From a virus, in UHGV virus genome UHGV-0245185: a stretch of 36,271 nucleotides of DNA. The stretch is one strand, 5' to 3'. Position numbers and translations under genes: made by a program. The notes beneath the pieces are model-generated. The model had not been told where the DNA came from and did not search any database. It saw nothing but the letters and a program-made list of their open reading frames with translations. Positions 34,731-36,271 of this stretch are shown here, in pieces. Position 1 is the stretch's first letter; the number at the start of each line of letters is the position of its first letter.

Positions 34731-34750
34731 TAAGGGGCCGAAGCCCCTTA
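34731..34750 (-). promoter_or_regulatory. UUCG-tetraloop GC hairpin after the e.6-position gene (no U-tract)
   Basis: Plus taaggggccgaagcccctta: 8-bp stem, loop CGAA; the minus strand continues ATACTTGGAG, so this is an RNA-stability or processing element rather than a classic terminator. Confidence 0.35.
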
Positions 34751-34753
34751 TCA

Positions 34754-35347
34754 TTATTTCAGAGAATTAATGTATTCCTGAACATCGGCAGAGGTAGTTT
34801 CAACACCAGAAATATTACCGTTAAAGGTTTCAACTCGAGCAAGGGTATCTTCAATATCAACCTTAGTCAGTGCTGCAATTTCAACTACATCATCGGCAGT
34901 ACTAATTCCAAGGGCATTTGCTGCACGAGTTTCACGGATATATTCCAATTTAACCGCAAGTTCTTGACAAGCATCATCTAACTCAACTACTTTCTTGGCG
35001 ATTTCAATTCGCATTTCAGCATAACCGTCAGCCTTAGTAGTCAACTGCTCAGCTGTTCGACGATATAGTAAACCGAGTTTAGCATGCATTGTTACATCTT
35101 GGCCTTCGGAAAGAAGTTTACGAATTTCACGCTCTTTTGATTCGGCCTGTCGATTCTTTTCGATAACAAGTTCACGAATACGTTTTTCTTCGTTAATAGA
35201 TTTAACAGAAGCAGTTTTTAGATCTTTAATTTTATCAAGTAGTTTTGCTGCTGCAGCAGTATACTGTTCTTCGACAGATAGATTTTTAGCCATAGCAGAA
35301 CCAAGTTTAGTGCGAATAAACTCAACAATTTTCTTCAGTGTGTTCAT
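34754..35347 (-). CDS. Coiled-coil protein (197 aa; e.6 position), possibly PspA/IM30-like
   Basis: ORF track; ATG start; long charged helical repeats. The PspA likeness is a weak by-eye impression. Confidence 0.5.
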   Translation of the reverse strand: MNTLKKIVEFIRTKLGSAMAKNLSVEEQYTAAAAKLLDKIKDLKTASVKSINEEKRIRELVIEKNRQAESKEREIRKLLSEGQDVTMHAKLGLLYRRTAEQLTTKADGYAEMRIEIAKKVVELDDACQELAVKLEYIRETRAANALGISTADDVVEIAALTKVDIEDTLARVETFNGNISGVETTSADVQEYINSLK

Positions 35348-35451
35348 AGTATTTCCTTAGGTTGATTAAGATTTAAAATCCGTAAAAGTAGTATTATACT
35401 CTATCATCAAGTTACAGGCTCATAATATCTCAATCATGAGCCTATGTAAAC

Positions 35452-35715
35452 TTATTTCATATTATTGAAATATTCTTCTGCGATTTCGTCGTTATCGTGG
35501 TAAACTTTAGAAGACAGTTTAACATAACCTTCTGCTGTGAACATGTTAATCACAACCTTTACAGTATACCACTGTCCGTCTTCATTACCCATTACTGCGT
35601 AAGTTTCAAACATCGGATGGTCAGGACCGATAACTTTAATATCATTCACTGTACGACCAAAATCTTCTGAAACGCATTTCATAAAGAAGTTGAACAGTTC
35701 GCCGTAATTATCCAT
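35452..35715 (-). CDS. Hypothetical acidic protein (87 aa; e.7 position)
   Basis: The track start at 35769 lies upstream of the promoter -10; the ATG at 35715 with SD GGAGAA is preferred. Confidence 0.5.
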   Translation of the reverse strand: MDNYGELFNFFMKCVSEDFGRTVNDIKVIGPDHPMFETYAVMGNEDGQWYTVKVVINMFTAEGYVKLSSKVYHDNDEIAEEYFNNMK

Positions 35716-35759
35716 TTCATTCTCCAAGTTGTTTTTCTGTATCAGTAGTTGATAGTTGT

Positions 35760-35789
35760 ATAGTACCATGGAAGAACAGGGATGTAAAT
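35760..35789 (-). promoter_or_regulatory. T4-type early promoter (ATTTAC, 18 nt, TACTAT)
   Basis: Minus strand AAAAATTTTTTCACAAAACTATTTAC-ATCCCTGTTCTTCCATGG-TACTAT-ACAACTATCAACT, with duplicated AAAAATTTTT A/T tracts upstream. Confidence 0.5.
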
Positions 35790-35921
35790 AGTTTTGTGAA
35801 AAAATTTTTAAAAATTTTTAGGGAATTCTAGGGCAGGGAGGGGCAATTAAAAGATAGGATAATATATTATAAAGGGTATAAACTAAATGATGCCTAGAGA
35901 GGTCCAGAAAGGCCTAGATAC

Positions 35922-35947
35922 CAAAAAGCCCTATCATTTAGATAGGG
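35922..35947 (-). terminator. Intrinsic terminator after the last ORF
   Basis: Minus strand CCCTATC-TAAAT-GATAGGG followed by CTTTTTGG. Confidence 0.7.
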
Positions 35948-35955
35948 ATTTAAAA

Positions 35956-36231
35956 TTATTTACCTAGTTTAGTTATTATAGCTTCTGCAGCAGCTTTTAG
36001 CTTAGATGCAGTGTTAATACGATTTTTAATTTCAGTATACGCATCGCCAAGAACATCAAGGCTATCAGAATAAACACTTACACTATTGCGTTCGCTATTT
36101 GAAATAGAACCTTTAGTTTTACGATCAAAATCGGTGTACACGTCTTGAAGATCGCGGGCTGCCTTCTTTGCATCATCCAATGCATCAAGAGCTTTATTCA
36201 AAGCATTAACGTATTTTTTAGTGTCGAACAT
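35956..36231 (-). CDS. Hypothetical protein (e.8 position); may extend upstream past the window end
   Basis: ORF track, 91 aa from the ATG at 36231, but the frame stays open to position 36271 with no stop, so the true start may lie outside the window. Confidence 0.5.
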   Translation of the reverse strand: MFDTKKYVNALNKALDALDDAKKAARDLQDVYTDFDRKTKGSISNSERNSVSVYSDSLDVLGDAYTEIKNRINTASKLKAAAEAIITKLGK

Positions 36232-36271
36232 ATTCTTAGAAATTTTAACAGGTGCACGTTCAGGAGTAGCT

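Noticed and set aside
35715-35769. Track N-terminal extensions (e.g. 35769, 24748, 16243, 7943, 21228) and several GTG/TTG track starts
   Set aside because: The proposed start lies upstream of, or inside, the -10 of the promoter that drives the gene, or runs through a terminator; an internal ATG with an SD was preferred.

Overview
This window is a contiguous early/middle-gene block of a T4-like (T-even) myovirus, with every supported gene on the minus strand, running from gene 46 (truncated at the window start) through 47, a-gt, 55, nrdH/nrdG/nrdD, 49, the nrdC region, rI, tk, regB, denV, ipII and lysozyme e to the e.1-e.8 ORFs at the window end. Proteins I recognise by direct reading include gp46, gp47, alpha-glucosyltransferase, gp55, NrdG, NrdD, endonuclease VII, NrdC, rI, thymidine kinase, RegB, DenV, IPII, lysozyme and NudE; most other ORFs are small hypotheticals placed by T4 gene order only. 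It is not T4 itself: nrdD is an uninterrupted 605-aa ORF, there is no ipIII between ipII and e, no HNH mobD-like gene where T4 has one, and lysozyme differs from the T4 sequence as I recall it at about four positions. The most notable observations are: denV split by a single-nucleotide frameshift in a homopolymer run; a promoter-to-terminator operon in the position of T4 mobD encoding a nucleotidyltransferase-fold protein, a membrane protein and two paralogs; a GIY-YIG endonuclease-like gene wedged between 47 and a-gt; four tandem paralogs with coiled-coil tails; and repeated early-promoter modules whose hairpin sequesters the downstream ribosome-binding site. Many six-frame track starts are GTG/TTG extensions; where an internal ATG with a Shine-Dalgarno (SD) sequence or a promoter position argued for it, I moved the start. 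No rRNA or CRISPR array was seen and no tRNA was recognised by eye. All homology statements are from memory and reading, not from searches.
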